This document shows, piece by piece, positions 53,301 to 60,877 of a DNA stretch of 64,000 bases (position 1 is its first letter; every line of letters starts with the position of its first letter). This DNA is from an uncultured Bacilli bacterium (GTDB lineage: Bacteria; Bacillota_I; Bacilli_A; RF39; UBA660). The stretch covers positions 704 through 64,703 of the forward strand of contig CALVQE010000002.1 of NCBI GenBank assembly GCA_944355355.1, in the 5' to 3' direction. The notes under the pieces were generated by a model, which worked only from the letters and a program-made list of their open reading frames with translations, was not told the DNA's origin and did no database searches. Position numbers and translations under genes: made by a program.

Positions 53301-56300
53301 GCCTCATGGTGTACCAACATACGGTTTAAACTGTCATGCAACTGAATGGCAATATTTTGAACGAATTATCGTGGCAGAAGAGGATTACTCAAGTATTCTA
53401 TTAAGTATTATGGCACAATTTAATGTGAATAAATTGTATATTACAAACCTTTACCTTGTTAAAGATTTTGGCGGTAGTTCATATACTTATGATGAAAATG
53501 GTAATCTTATATCAGCTACGGATACCTCTAATTCTACAAATACATTTCAATATGATTCCAACAATCAATTAGTAAGTAATTTTTCTCCTAAGGGTAACCA
53601 TTTTCAATTTGAATATGATAATAATGATCCGGAACAGTTGAGACAAGGAATTTCGTCAAAAGGAATAGCCAATCGTCTTTACTATGATGAAAATGGAAAT
53701 CCTATACAAACCATTATTAAAAATGTTAAAAATATTAAGGATTTTACAAAAGAATACTTTTATATTCGTAAAAAAGCAACAGACAAATATTTATTTTCTG
53801 ATTTCCATGGTAATATACCTGTTTTAAAAGACTTTGAATGTAACCTAAGTAAATTTCGACTGGAAAGTGATGAAGATAATTACTATTATATAAAAACAGA
53901 TCTTATGCCTTATTATTTTGCCTATCGTGAAAGCATTAGTGAAAAGGTCGTTCTTACTAAGAATAAAGAAGAAGCAAGCTTGTTTGAACTGATTGAAAAT
54001 AAAAACGGAAGTTATACTTTACGAATCAAAAAAGTTTACGCTAATGATTCAGGAGAACTAACTTATGATGCCTGTATTAGTTTTGATGAAAATGATAGTT
54101 TAATTATTGAAAATTATATTATGGATAATCCAGATCAAGAATTGTTTCTTGAAAGCGCCGAGACTCCATTATATATTGAATCTAAAGCTATTTATCAAAA
54201 TAACGGCAAATTTATCTCTAAAACAATAGATGCCTTAGATAAAGTGACAACTTATGATATTAATGAAATCACTGGTCTAACAAATTCCATCACAGATCCG
54301 TCGCAAACAACTACGTATTACGAATATAATCAAAAAGAGCAAATATCAAAAATTAAGAAAAATGAAAAAGAGATACTTTACGCATATAATACTCAAAACC
54401 TACTAGAAAAAATTACAAGCAATAACAAAGAATATACATTTACCTATGATGAATTTCTAAATCGTCTTCAAACAAAAATAAACAATCAAATTCTAGCAAC
54501 CAATAACTATGATGAGAACAATGGTGGATTAACTCGTATTGATTATGGAAACAATACATCTATATCCTATACTTACGATGAATTTAATCGTTTGAAAACA
54601 AACATAAGAGATGATTCTATTTACAGTTATTACTACGATAATATGAATAATTTAAGCAAAATTACTTCAAATAATGAAACATATGAATACAGTTATGATT
54701 TTGCAGGCAGACTAATTAGTTATTTATATAACCAAAAAGACTATTTCACAGGAAAAAATAGTATTGACTATGAGTATGATATTAATAGCAATGTTACAAA
54801 AAAAAGTCTCAATAATTTGATTGTAACAGAATATGATTACGATGAAGACGACGAAATTGTGAAAGTCACCATTGGGGATATAAACTTAAATTATCAAAGA
54901 GATTATTTAGGAAGACTTACTTCAAAAAACATTAACAACCAACTTCCAGTAGAATATACTTATTATACAAATGGAAACAAGACATCATTAATTCTTAAAA
55001 GCATGAAAATAGAAGATGATTTATATGAATACTATTATGATGATGTCTATAATTTATCAAAAGTATTTAAAAACCACAGTCTATTATATGAATATCAATA
55101 TGATGCTTTTCATGAATTACTGAGTGAACACAATTATGAAACAAAAAGAACTTATCGCTATGTTTATGATGGAGCCGGAAATATTCTTTCAAAGAAAGAA
55201 TATGAACTAAACACTTCAAATTTACTACACGAAGACACATATACTTATAACAATACAACTTGGGAAGATCAACTAACCAAATTTAATGATACTTCTATAA
55301 CTTATGATGAAATTGGAAATCCGATTTCTATTGGCAATGTGACTTTATCTTGGAAAAACGGAAGAGAGTTAAGATCATTAATAGCAGACAATTTAAATGT
55401 GAATTATTTTTACAATAAAGATGGAATTCGTCGTAAAAAAATAGTAAATAATATCGAAACAGAATACTTTACAGAAAACGGAGCTATATTAATTGAAAAA
55501 AGTGGAAATAATGTGATATATTATTTACGAGATGACAATAATAATTTATTAGGATTTATGTATAATGGGACAACCTATTATTATCAAAAAAACTTACAAG
55601 AAGACATTATTGGAATCTATAATAACAACTATGAACTAATTGCTAAATATCAATACGATGCTTGGGGCAAACTACTAAAAATTACAAATGCAAGTGGCGA
55701 AGAAATTACTGATACTAACCATATTGCTTATATCAATCCTTATCGTTATCGTTCATACTATTATGATTCAGAAACAAAACTATACTACTTAAACAGCAGA
55801 TATTACAATCCAGAATGGGGTAGATTTATTAATGCGGATAATTTAATATTGCAAAACACTGATACTATAATTAGTAATAATATGTATTTATATTGTGATA
55901 ATAATTGTGTTAATAAACTAGATCAGAATGGTCATCATATTTCTCGGACAACTTTGAGAATTTTAAAGGAATATTCATATGAAATTGTCAAGATCGATGA
56001 TAATGCAGCATATACGGAAATACAAATTGGAGAAAGTTATTATGTTGCTATCATTTCTGGTAATGCCATACATTTTGATTTTAATCAAAATCCAAAACTT
56101 ACTGATAATTCGTATACGATCGCTCATGCTCTATATAACGCATACACTGATTATTATGGAGAAAAGATGGTAGGTAGAACATTTGGTGGGCTTGAGTTGG
56201 AGTTAGGATTGCATGAGACGGCATATCGACTTGGAATAATGGAAGAAAATTCGAAAGTGGCTGATCTGGGAACGGTAAAAACCGATTCTAATGCAATTGT

Positions 56301-56451
56301 GTTCGAAATGGCAGCTTCAGTATCAAAACCAGTTTCAAAAGTGGTACAAGAAGAAACTAAAAATTATTGTCCCATGCCCAAGCGTATAAGTCCAAAGCGT
56401 TTAGTTCGATCATTTTTAGGATGGGTATCAAAATTATTTATGATAATTTAA
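50374..56451 (+). CDS. Rhs/YD-repeat polymorphic toxin (DNRLRE-type N-terminal domain, CBM-like inserts, Rhs shell, novel C-terminal toxin domain)
   Basis: Many YD repeats (YTYDENGNLIS, FQYDSNNQLVS, YSYDFAGRLIS...). The core ends with YRYRSYYYDSETKLYYLNSRYYNPEWGRFINADN...NMYLYCDNNCVNKLDQNGH, followed by a 170-aa unrecognised C-terminus. No signal peptide or LXG domain is evident. ATG 50374 follows aaggtga, 10 nt after the upstream stop. Confidence 0.9.
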   Translation: MKEIISLRKPREKHFLNEDGTFTVQMYDHDIHYLANGEYKEIDNSLIELDSCYQTSSNAFIVSFAKQKNQELLKIEKDNHYLKFFLDTNQTFKLLAQKYSITYQDILKDIDIKYSLKNNQIKDTIWINKPTEDLPKIKYIIETDLKLILKNNSIFIYDGDKFISKIEPPTLMDSQKNKYNIVYNLVESESGYVLTFKFESNIFHNRELYPFIIDPTITNSEEKTVYDTYIYSGEENKNYNLEDSLHVGVNESNKIYRSLIKFTLPTIGTGYEIVDATASLVSHVSDFVALNSIYTHQTLEAHQINTEWNEESATWNTMHNKYNEHIEDYFQAYKTEYDAPNNTYNLKTTSFNITNIVKKWYAGEANNGVLLKLEDEIYGENSEHIFYSKNNTITETNDDIEDPKPYLIIRYKNFNGLEDYMTYQTIDFQNGKGYVNNLTGNLTTVFHVNQTIGGKFPVNLNLIYNSNDAVLKKNIGLGLGYRWNFSQTIEEITIGEEPYLAYIDADGTTHYFYQSDEHTYQDEDGLNLTISKDNSTYVMTDAYKNKKIFEKKENTYYLVKMIDTYQNEVHLEYGENNRLIKITDANNETINISYGIIKITTTSSYTTSTLNRPLIKITDLITKTGTTVFSYNSSNLIDNITDENGLKTEFDYYNNSPYRMKKITEKSLQDTTGNSLEFFYSFLVTKVVNQKNQILTYAFNEQGNTISVTNLDESLDLKNAYGTENIYVQNKLALNIPLTKYVKNLFEDPSFENKTGTIIYDVGVIDTTNARSGQKCVRTNGYEIEIPLPMVETAGYYTFSGYFKHTSAMEISLHSSSTSITETKHYLKADEYQRYFLTAHLEANTPYYINVFPVNNATIYMDDFQFESGQVANYFNLINNSDFSNGMEGYESAVFSLSGEEVVNDDSVVTIANNQKAYQMNCKSKLSKSLTKRLNIEGKKGDTYRLSFWYKNEGLREGTMASGNIALLGFSYKVEVPHGVPTYGLNCHATEWQYFERIIVAEEDYSSILLSIMAQFNVNKLYITNLYLVKDFGGSSYTYDENGNLISATDTSNSTNTFQYDSNNQLVSNFSPKGNHFQFEYDNNDPEQLRQGISSKGIANRLYYDENGNPIQTIIKNVKNIKDFTKEYFYIRKKATDKYLFSDFHGNIPVLKDFECNLSKFRLESDEDNYYYIKTDLMPYYFAYRESISEKVVLTKNKEEASLFELIENKNGSYTLRIKKVYANDSGELTYDACISFDENDSLIIENYIMDNPDQELFLESAETPLYIESKAIYQNNGKFISKTIDALDKVTTYDINEITGLTNSITDPSQTTTYYEYNQKEQISKIKKNEKEILYAYNTQNLLEKITSNNKEYTFTYDEFLNRLQTKINNQILATNNYDENNGGLTRIDYGNNTSISYTYDEFNRLKTNIRDDSIYSYYYDNMNNLSKITSNNETYEYSYDFAGRLISYLYNQKDYFTGKNSIDYEYDINSNVTKKSLNNLIVTEYDYDEDDEIVKVTIGDINLNYQRDYLGRLTSKNINNQLPVEYTYYTNGNKTSLILKSMKIEDDLYEYYYDDVYNLSKVFKNHSLLYEYQYDAFHELLSEHNYETKRTYRYVYDGAGNILSKKEYELNTSNLLHEDTYTYNNTTWEDQLTKFNDTSITYDEIGNPISIGNVTLSWKNGRELRSLIADNLNVNYFYNKDGIRRKKIVNNIETEYFTENGAILIEKSGNNVIYYLRDDNNNLLGFMYNGTTYYYQKNLQEDIIGIYNNNYELIAKYQYDAWGKLLKITNASGEEITDTNHIAYINPYRYRSYYYDSETKLYYLNSRYYNPEWGRFINADNLILQNTDTIISNNMYLYCDNNCVNKLDQNGHHISRTTLRILKEYSYEIVKIDDNAAYTEIQIGESYYVAIISGNAIHFDFNQNPKLTDNSYTIAHALYNAYTDYYGEKMVGRTFGGLELELGLHETAYRLGIMEENSKVADLGTVKTDSNAIVFEMAASVSKPVSKVVQEETKNYCPMPKRISPKRLVRSFLGWVSKLFMII

Positions 56452-56474
56452 TAAAAAAGCAAAAGAGGTTATAA

Positions 56475-57140
56475 ATGAAAAATAAAAATTCTAAGGAAAG
56501 AAATAAATATACATTTCAAAGCAAGCTATATTATGTCATAGATATAGTTCTTGTGATATTTGCGTTAGCTCGTTACTATTTTTACCCTTTGCAAATTGGC
56601 TTTTCAATCAAAGGCGTCAATGTTTTAGTATTAGGGTTTACTATAATTTGGTTTTTTGTTCGTTTGAGTTCAATATTTAAAGAAAACAGAATCTCTTTAA
56701 AAACAATTAATATCGTCATAACTTGCTTTCTATTTATAACAATAGGTCGAGGTGTTTTTTGCGAATTTGTAAATAATGCAGTCTTTCCGGAATTTATTAG
56801 AGATATTTATGTTTTTCCAAATAGTACAAGCGAAAGATTTGTTGTGACTTCAAACATTGAAATTATTCCAACAGCTACTACTATTGTATATTATGAAAAA
56901 ACGTTGTTTCCCGGAATCACTTGTAAAACGGTTATAGATACATTTTCGGAAGAGATTCATATGGATACAAATACTGAATATACATTTAAATTTTATAAAG
57001 AATATTTTAAGAGTCAAAATTTAAATCTTAATTATGATAAATATATAGAGTATATGAATAATCAAGAAGATAAAGGATTTTGTAATCTCGATATAGCTAG
57101 AATGAATACTCAGAAAGAAATTCATTATTATATTAAATGA
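56475..57140 (+). CDS. Multi-TM membrane protein, candidate cognate immunity protein
   Basis: The first gene after the Rhs stop (23-nt gap, RBS aagagg). Three to four TM helices, then a soluble C-terminal part. Confidence 0.5.
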   Translation: MKNKNSKERNKYTFQSKLYYVIDIVLVIFALARYYFYPLQIGFSIKGVNVLVLGFTIIWFFVRLSSIFKENRISLKTINIVITCFLFITIGRGVFCEFVNNAVFPEFIRDIYVFPNSTSERFVVTSNIEIIPTATTIVYYEKTLFPGITCKTVIDTFSEEIHMDTNTEYTFKFYKEYFKSQNLNLNYDKYIEYMNNQEDKGFCNLDIARMNTQKEIHYYIK

Positions 57141-57155
57141 TTGGCGGAGGTATAA

Positions 57156-57890
57156 ATGGTAAGAAGATTTGAAGAACTTAAAACAGGAGATACATTCGCT
57201 TGGCAAATCACAACAGAAGAATACCCGGATTTTAAAAATAGATATTTAATAATAACCTATTATTATAATAAGTATTCTGAAAATGATCAGTGCAAAATAT
57301 TTAGGGTGAAAATAACAAAAACGGATAAAATACCTCAAAATATTGAAGAAATAAGTAAGTTAGAAAGTATTAAACTAGCTTATAATATTTATGATTTAGC
57401 CACTCAAGAATATAGTGAGGCTAAAGCCGTAAAACCGGACAAATATGGATATATTTATCAATATACAGTCGAAGTATTATGTAAACGTAAAACGATACCA
57501 AAACAAATGATTTATATAGGTAATTTTAAAATAAATGCCATTGAAAACGAGTTTTACTTTGCTAAAGGCCCTAGAAATCAATATCAAGCTTCATGGAAAT
57601 ATTTTGAGGAAAATATATTGCAATCCTATGTACTTTATAATCAAAAACAATTTATTGGTTACACTAAAGAAGGAAATAAAGAAATCTATGCCCGTCAGTT
57701 AGATTTTGAAAATTTTAGAAAACACTTAAAAAAATTAGGAGATGCTATTGATGGACCAAATGGCAACGAAGTGTTAAAAAAATTAGGCATTGATATTGAA
57801 AATGAGGTTCCTCTAGCAGACGCTTTAACTTATGTAGGACCGGATAAAGATGAAGGTATTAAAAAAAATCTTAGTGCTTTTATCAAATAA
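57156..57890 (+). CDS. 244-aa cassette protein, family A (divergent member)
   Basis: Shares GDTFA...YL(I/L)(I/L)T...KIT/LTKTxxIP...LTYVGPDKDEGIKK with the two other 244-aa ORFs. Confidence 0.6.
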   Translation: MVRRFEELKTGDTFAWQITTEEYPDFKNRYLIITYYYNKYSENDQCKIFRVKITKTDKIPQNIEEISKLESIKLAYNIYDLATQEYSEAKAVKPDKYGYIYQYTVEVLCKRKTIPKQMIYIGNFKINAIENEFYFAKGPRNQYQASWKYFEENILQSYVLYNQKQFIGYTKEGNKEIYARQLDFENFRKHLKKLGDAIDGPNGNEVLKKLGIDIENEVPLADALTYVGPDKDEGIKKNLSAFIK

Positions 57891-57912
57891 TTGACGGAGG
57901 AATAATATGGTA
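57826..57912 (+). repeat. Cassette junction repeat, type A (copy 1)
   Basis: cttatgtaggaccggataaagatgaaggtattaaaaaaaatcttagtgcttttatcaaataattgacggaggaataatatggta. Confidence 0.8.
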
Positions 57913-58641
57913 ACAAAAAATAAAAGATTATCAAAAAAGTGTGATATTGGAGATACATTTGCTATAGAAATAAAAAGTGATAAATATCCAGAGTATAATG
58001 GCAAATATCTTATTCTAACAAAAAGTAAGTATGGTGATTTTGTTTGGGATATAAAAGGTTATGCGTCTTTCTATGTTAAACTTACTAAGACAAAGGAAAT
58101 TCCAAAAACCCAAGAAGAGTTAGATGAACTTGAATATATTATTAGTTCTGCTAATGCTCCAGTACTTGAAGAAAGGTATGTTGCCCCAGGTTATGAAATG
58201 CCTATACCAGATCAATATGGCTTAATTTATTCTTATTCGTTTTCTTACATGAATTTGAGTAGAGAAACTATAAATTCTGCATGTTATCTTGGAAATTATC
58301 CTGTGAAATATCCTCAGAATGAATACATTTCTTCTACCGGATTTAGAGGAGAAAGTAGCATTGATAAATGGACATTTCCTGATAAAACTCTTAGTCATTA
58401 TAAATGGTATAATTTAAAACAAAACGATCTTTATACTAAAGAGGGAAATGAATTATTTCATCAAAGAACTCAAAGTGAGGCCCAATTTTACAAAGAAATG
58501 TTAGAAAGAGAAAAACTAATCTTTGGCCATGAAGAAGAATATTTAGCATGGATGGGAATTGATACATCACAAGAAGAGGAAGAAGATAGCCTTACTTATG
58601 TAGGACCTGATAAAGATGAAGGTACTAAGAGAAAATCTTAG
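57907..58641 (+). CDS. 244-aa cassette protein, family A (paralog 2)
   Basis: About 90% identical by eye to 60046-60780. Confidence 0.65.
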   Translation: MVTKNKRLSKKCDIGDTFAIEIKSDKYPEYNGKYLILTKSKYGDFVWDIKGYASFYVKLTKTKEIPKTQEELDELEYIISSANAPVLEERYVAPGYEMPIPDQYGLIYSYSFSYMNLSRETINSACYLGNYPVKYPQNEYISSTGFRGESSIDKWTFPDKTLSHYKWYNLKQNDLYTKEGNELFHQRTQSEAQFYKEMLEREKLIFGHEEEYLAWMGIDTSQEEEEDSLTYVGPDKDEGTKRKS

Positions 58642-58695
58642 TGCTTTTTTCTTAAACATCAGGTATACTTTTGATAGAAAGAAGTATTCAAAATG
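58591..58695 (+). repeat. Cassette junction repeat, type B (copy 1)
   Basis: ...gatgaaggtactaagagaaaatcttagtgcttttttcttaaacatcaggtatacttttgatagaaagaagta...atg. Confidence 0.8.
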
Positions 58696-59175
58696 AAAAA
58701 GAAGAAAAAGATTTTAATTATTAGCATTGTATTAGCCGTAATTGGGATTATAGTTTATTATTTGCATGAAGATACTATTGTATTTAAAATAAACTATGGT
58801 GTATCTATTCCACAATCTATAGAGTATAACGATATTTTACCCGGAGACGGATATGCTGACTTGCCTATGTATAATCAATTAGTATTTCGAAAACAATTCA
58901 CTCAAAAACATCTAAGTTCTTTTAAAAAAATTGATCAAAATAATAAAGAAAAACTTATCCAACTTATTGAAGTATATTACAATAATTTGGATTGTGAAGG
59001 CCAAGTGCTTTTCAAAGAATCATTTCCTCCGGAAAGTACAAATGAGAACAACTACTTTTTTGTGAAAATGACTGAAAAAAGGTTATCAATTCTAATATAT
59101 GATAAGAATAATAAAACTCTTCATGAACTATCAACTGTATCTCATCAAGGATTCAATATTAATTTGGATTGGTAA
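58693..59175 (+). CDS. N-terminally anchored 160-aa cassette protein (family B1)
   Basis: MKKKKKILIISIVLAVIGIIVYYL anchor. Preceded by a type-B junction repeat. Confidence 0.55.
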   Translation: MKKKKKILIISIVLAVIGIIVYYLHEDTIVFKINYGVSIPQSIEYNDILPGDGYADLPMYNQLVFRKQFTQKHLSSFKKIDQNNKEKLIQLIEVYYNNLDCEGQVLFKESFPPESTNENNYFFVKMTEKRLSILIYDKNNKTLHELSTVSHQGFNINLDW

Positions 59176-59189
59176 ATGGCTTCCAATAA

Positions 59190-59263
59190 GTACTAAGAAA
59201 AAATCTTAGTGCTTTTTTCTTAAACATCAGGTATACTTTTGTTAGAAAGAAGTAAGCATAATG
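59190..59263 (+). repeat. Cassette junction repeat, type B (copy 2)
   Basis: gtactaagaaaaaatcttagtgcttttttcttaaacatcaggtatacttttgttagaaagaagta...atg. Present even though the preceding gene is not a family-A member. Confidence 0.8.
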
Positions 59264-60013
59264 AAAAAGAAGAAAAAAAGAAATTATTATAATTTAATTG
59301 TTCATGCTATTAGAATTTTTAGTATTATGGGCTGTGTAACAGGATTTTCGCTTATATTTGTTACTGACGAAAAATATACAAGATATCTTATCATTATGCT
59401 TTTTACTTTTTTTGTCCTAATGTATATCTCTATAATATTAGCTGATAAATATAAGAACAAAATTACTATAGATATAGAAAAACCAAGAGCTCCTCATACC
59501 TATAAGATAATAGATGAATATCAAATGAAACAAAACATCAAAGATAAACTAAACATGATGAATTATCAAGTAATACCTGATGTTTTAACTGATACAACAT
59601 TATATGGCATGAAACAATATAAATGGTATTATGCTAAAGGTCATAAAAATGTATTTAATCTATGGGCTGAATTTGATATTCCTGAATTTACTAAAGAAAC
59701 ATCAGATTATCTAATTACACAAAGAGAGAATATTCAAAAGAAGCTTAAACAAAAAGAAAGATGTTTTTGTATCATCTTTCTCATAAGAGTAGAAAAGAAA
59801 AACAAAGAGTTATCCAAGTATTTAAAAAGAAGAACAGTTGAGGGATATCAAAACTATGGATTAATGGCAATCCTTATAGAAGAAGAACAAAGAATATATG
59901 TACCATTACCAGAATGGGCAGATGTTGATTGTTATTTGATCCGTAGAAGATTTGAAAAGATATTAAAGGGAAGTGTAATAAAAGAAAAGAGAGATACTAA
60001 GAAAAACTCTTAA
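59261..60013 (+). CDS. Two-TM 250-aa cassette protein (family B2)
   Basis: MKKKKKRNYY..., two TM helices. Preceded by a type-B junction repeat. Its last codons and stop lie inside a type-A junction repeat. Confidence 0.55.
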   Translation: MKKKKKRNYYNLIVHAIRIFSIMGCVTGFSLIFVTDEKYTRYLIIMLFTFFVLMYISIILADKYKNKITIDIEKPRAPHTYKIIDEYQMKQNIKDKLNMMNYQVIPDVLTDTTLYGMKQYKWYYAKGHKNVFNLWAEFDIPEFTKETSDYLITQRENIQKKLKQKERCFCIIFLIRVEKKNKELSKYLKRRTVEGYQNYGLMAILIEEEQRIYVPLPEWADVDCYLIRRRFEKILKGSVIKEKRDTKKNS

Positions 60014-60051
60014 TGCTTTTATCAAATAACTGACGGAGGAATAATATGGTA
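59996..60051 (+). repeat. Cassette junction repeat, type A (copy 2)
   Basis: actaagaaaaactcttaatgcttttatcaaataactgacggaggaataatatggta. Confidence 0.8.
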
Positions 60052-60780
60052 GCAAAAAATAAAAGATTATCAAAAAAATGTGATATTGGAGATACATTTG
60101 CTATAGAAATAAAAAGTGATAAATATCCAGAGTATAATGGCAAATATCTTATCCTAACAAAAAGCAAGTATGGTGATTTTGTTTGGGATATAAAAGAAAG
60201 AATTTCCTTTTACATTAAACTTACTAAGACAAAGGAAATTCCTAAAACCCAAGAAGAGTTAGATAAACTTGAATATGTTATTAGTTCTGCTAAGGCTCCA
60301 GTACTTGAAGAAAGGTATGTTGCCCCAGGTTATGAAATGCCTATACCAGATCAATATGGCTTGATATATTCCTATTCTTTTTCTTACATGAATTTGAGTA
60401 GAGAAACTATAAATTCTGCATGTTATCTTGGGAATTATCCTGTGAAATATCCTCAGAATGAATACATTTCTTCTACTGGATTTAGAGGAGAGGGGAGAAT
60501 AAATAAATGGACATTTCCTGATGAAATTATTGATTGCTATAATTTGTATAATTTAAAACAAAACGATCTTTATACTAAAGAGGGAAATGAATTATTTCAT
60601 CAAAGATCTCAAAGTGAGGCCCAATTTTATAAAGAGATGCTAGAAAGAGAAAAACTAATCTTTGGCCATGAAGAAGAATATTTAGCATGGATGGGAATTA
60701 ATACATCACAAGAAGAGGAAGAAGATAGCCTTACTTATGTAGGACCGGATAAAGATGAAGGTATTAAGAAAAAAACTTAG
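60046..60780 (+). CDS. 244-aa cassette protein, family A (paralog 3)
   Basis: Near-duplicate of 57907-58641. Confidence 0.65.
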   Translation: MVAKNKRLSKKCDIGDTFAIEIKSDKYPEYNGKYLILTKSKYGDFVWDIKERISFYIKLTKTKEIPKTQEELDKLEYVISSAKAPVLEERYVAPGYEMPIPDQYGLIYSYSFSYMNLSRETINSACYLGNYPVKYPQNEYISSTGFRGEGRINKWTFPDEIIDCYNLYNLKQNDLYTKEGNELFHQRSQSEAQFYKEMLEREKLIFGHEEEYLAWMGINTSQEEEEDSLTYVGPDKDEGIKKKT

Positions 60781-60823
60781 TGCTTTTTTCTCAAATATTA
60801 GGTATACTTTTGTTAGAAAGAAG
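60730..60823 (+). repeat. Cassette junction repeat, type B (copy 3, more diverged)
   Basis: ...gaaggtattaagaaaaaaacttagtgcttttttctcaaatattaggtatacttttgttagaaagaag. Confidence 0.75.
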
Positions 60824-60877
60824 CATTCATTATTCTATTATTATAATTATTTATTCATGAAGTTAGGAGGTGGAAGG

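Noticed and set aside
57907-60780. A diversity-generating retroelement (DGR) as the source of the variable patches in the 244-aa paralogs.
   Set aside because: No reverse transcriptase or template repeat is present in the window. The substitutions between the copies are not adenine-specific (all base classes change).
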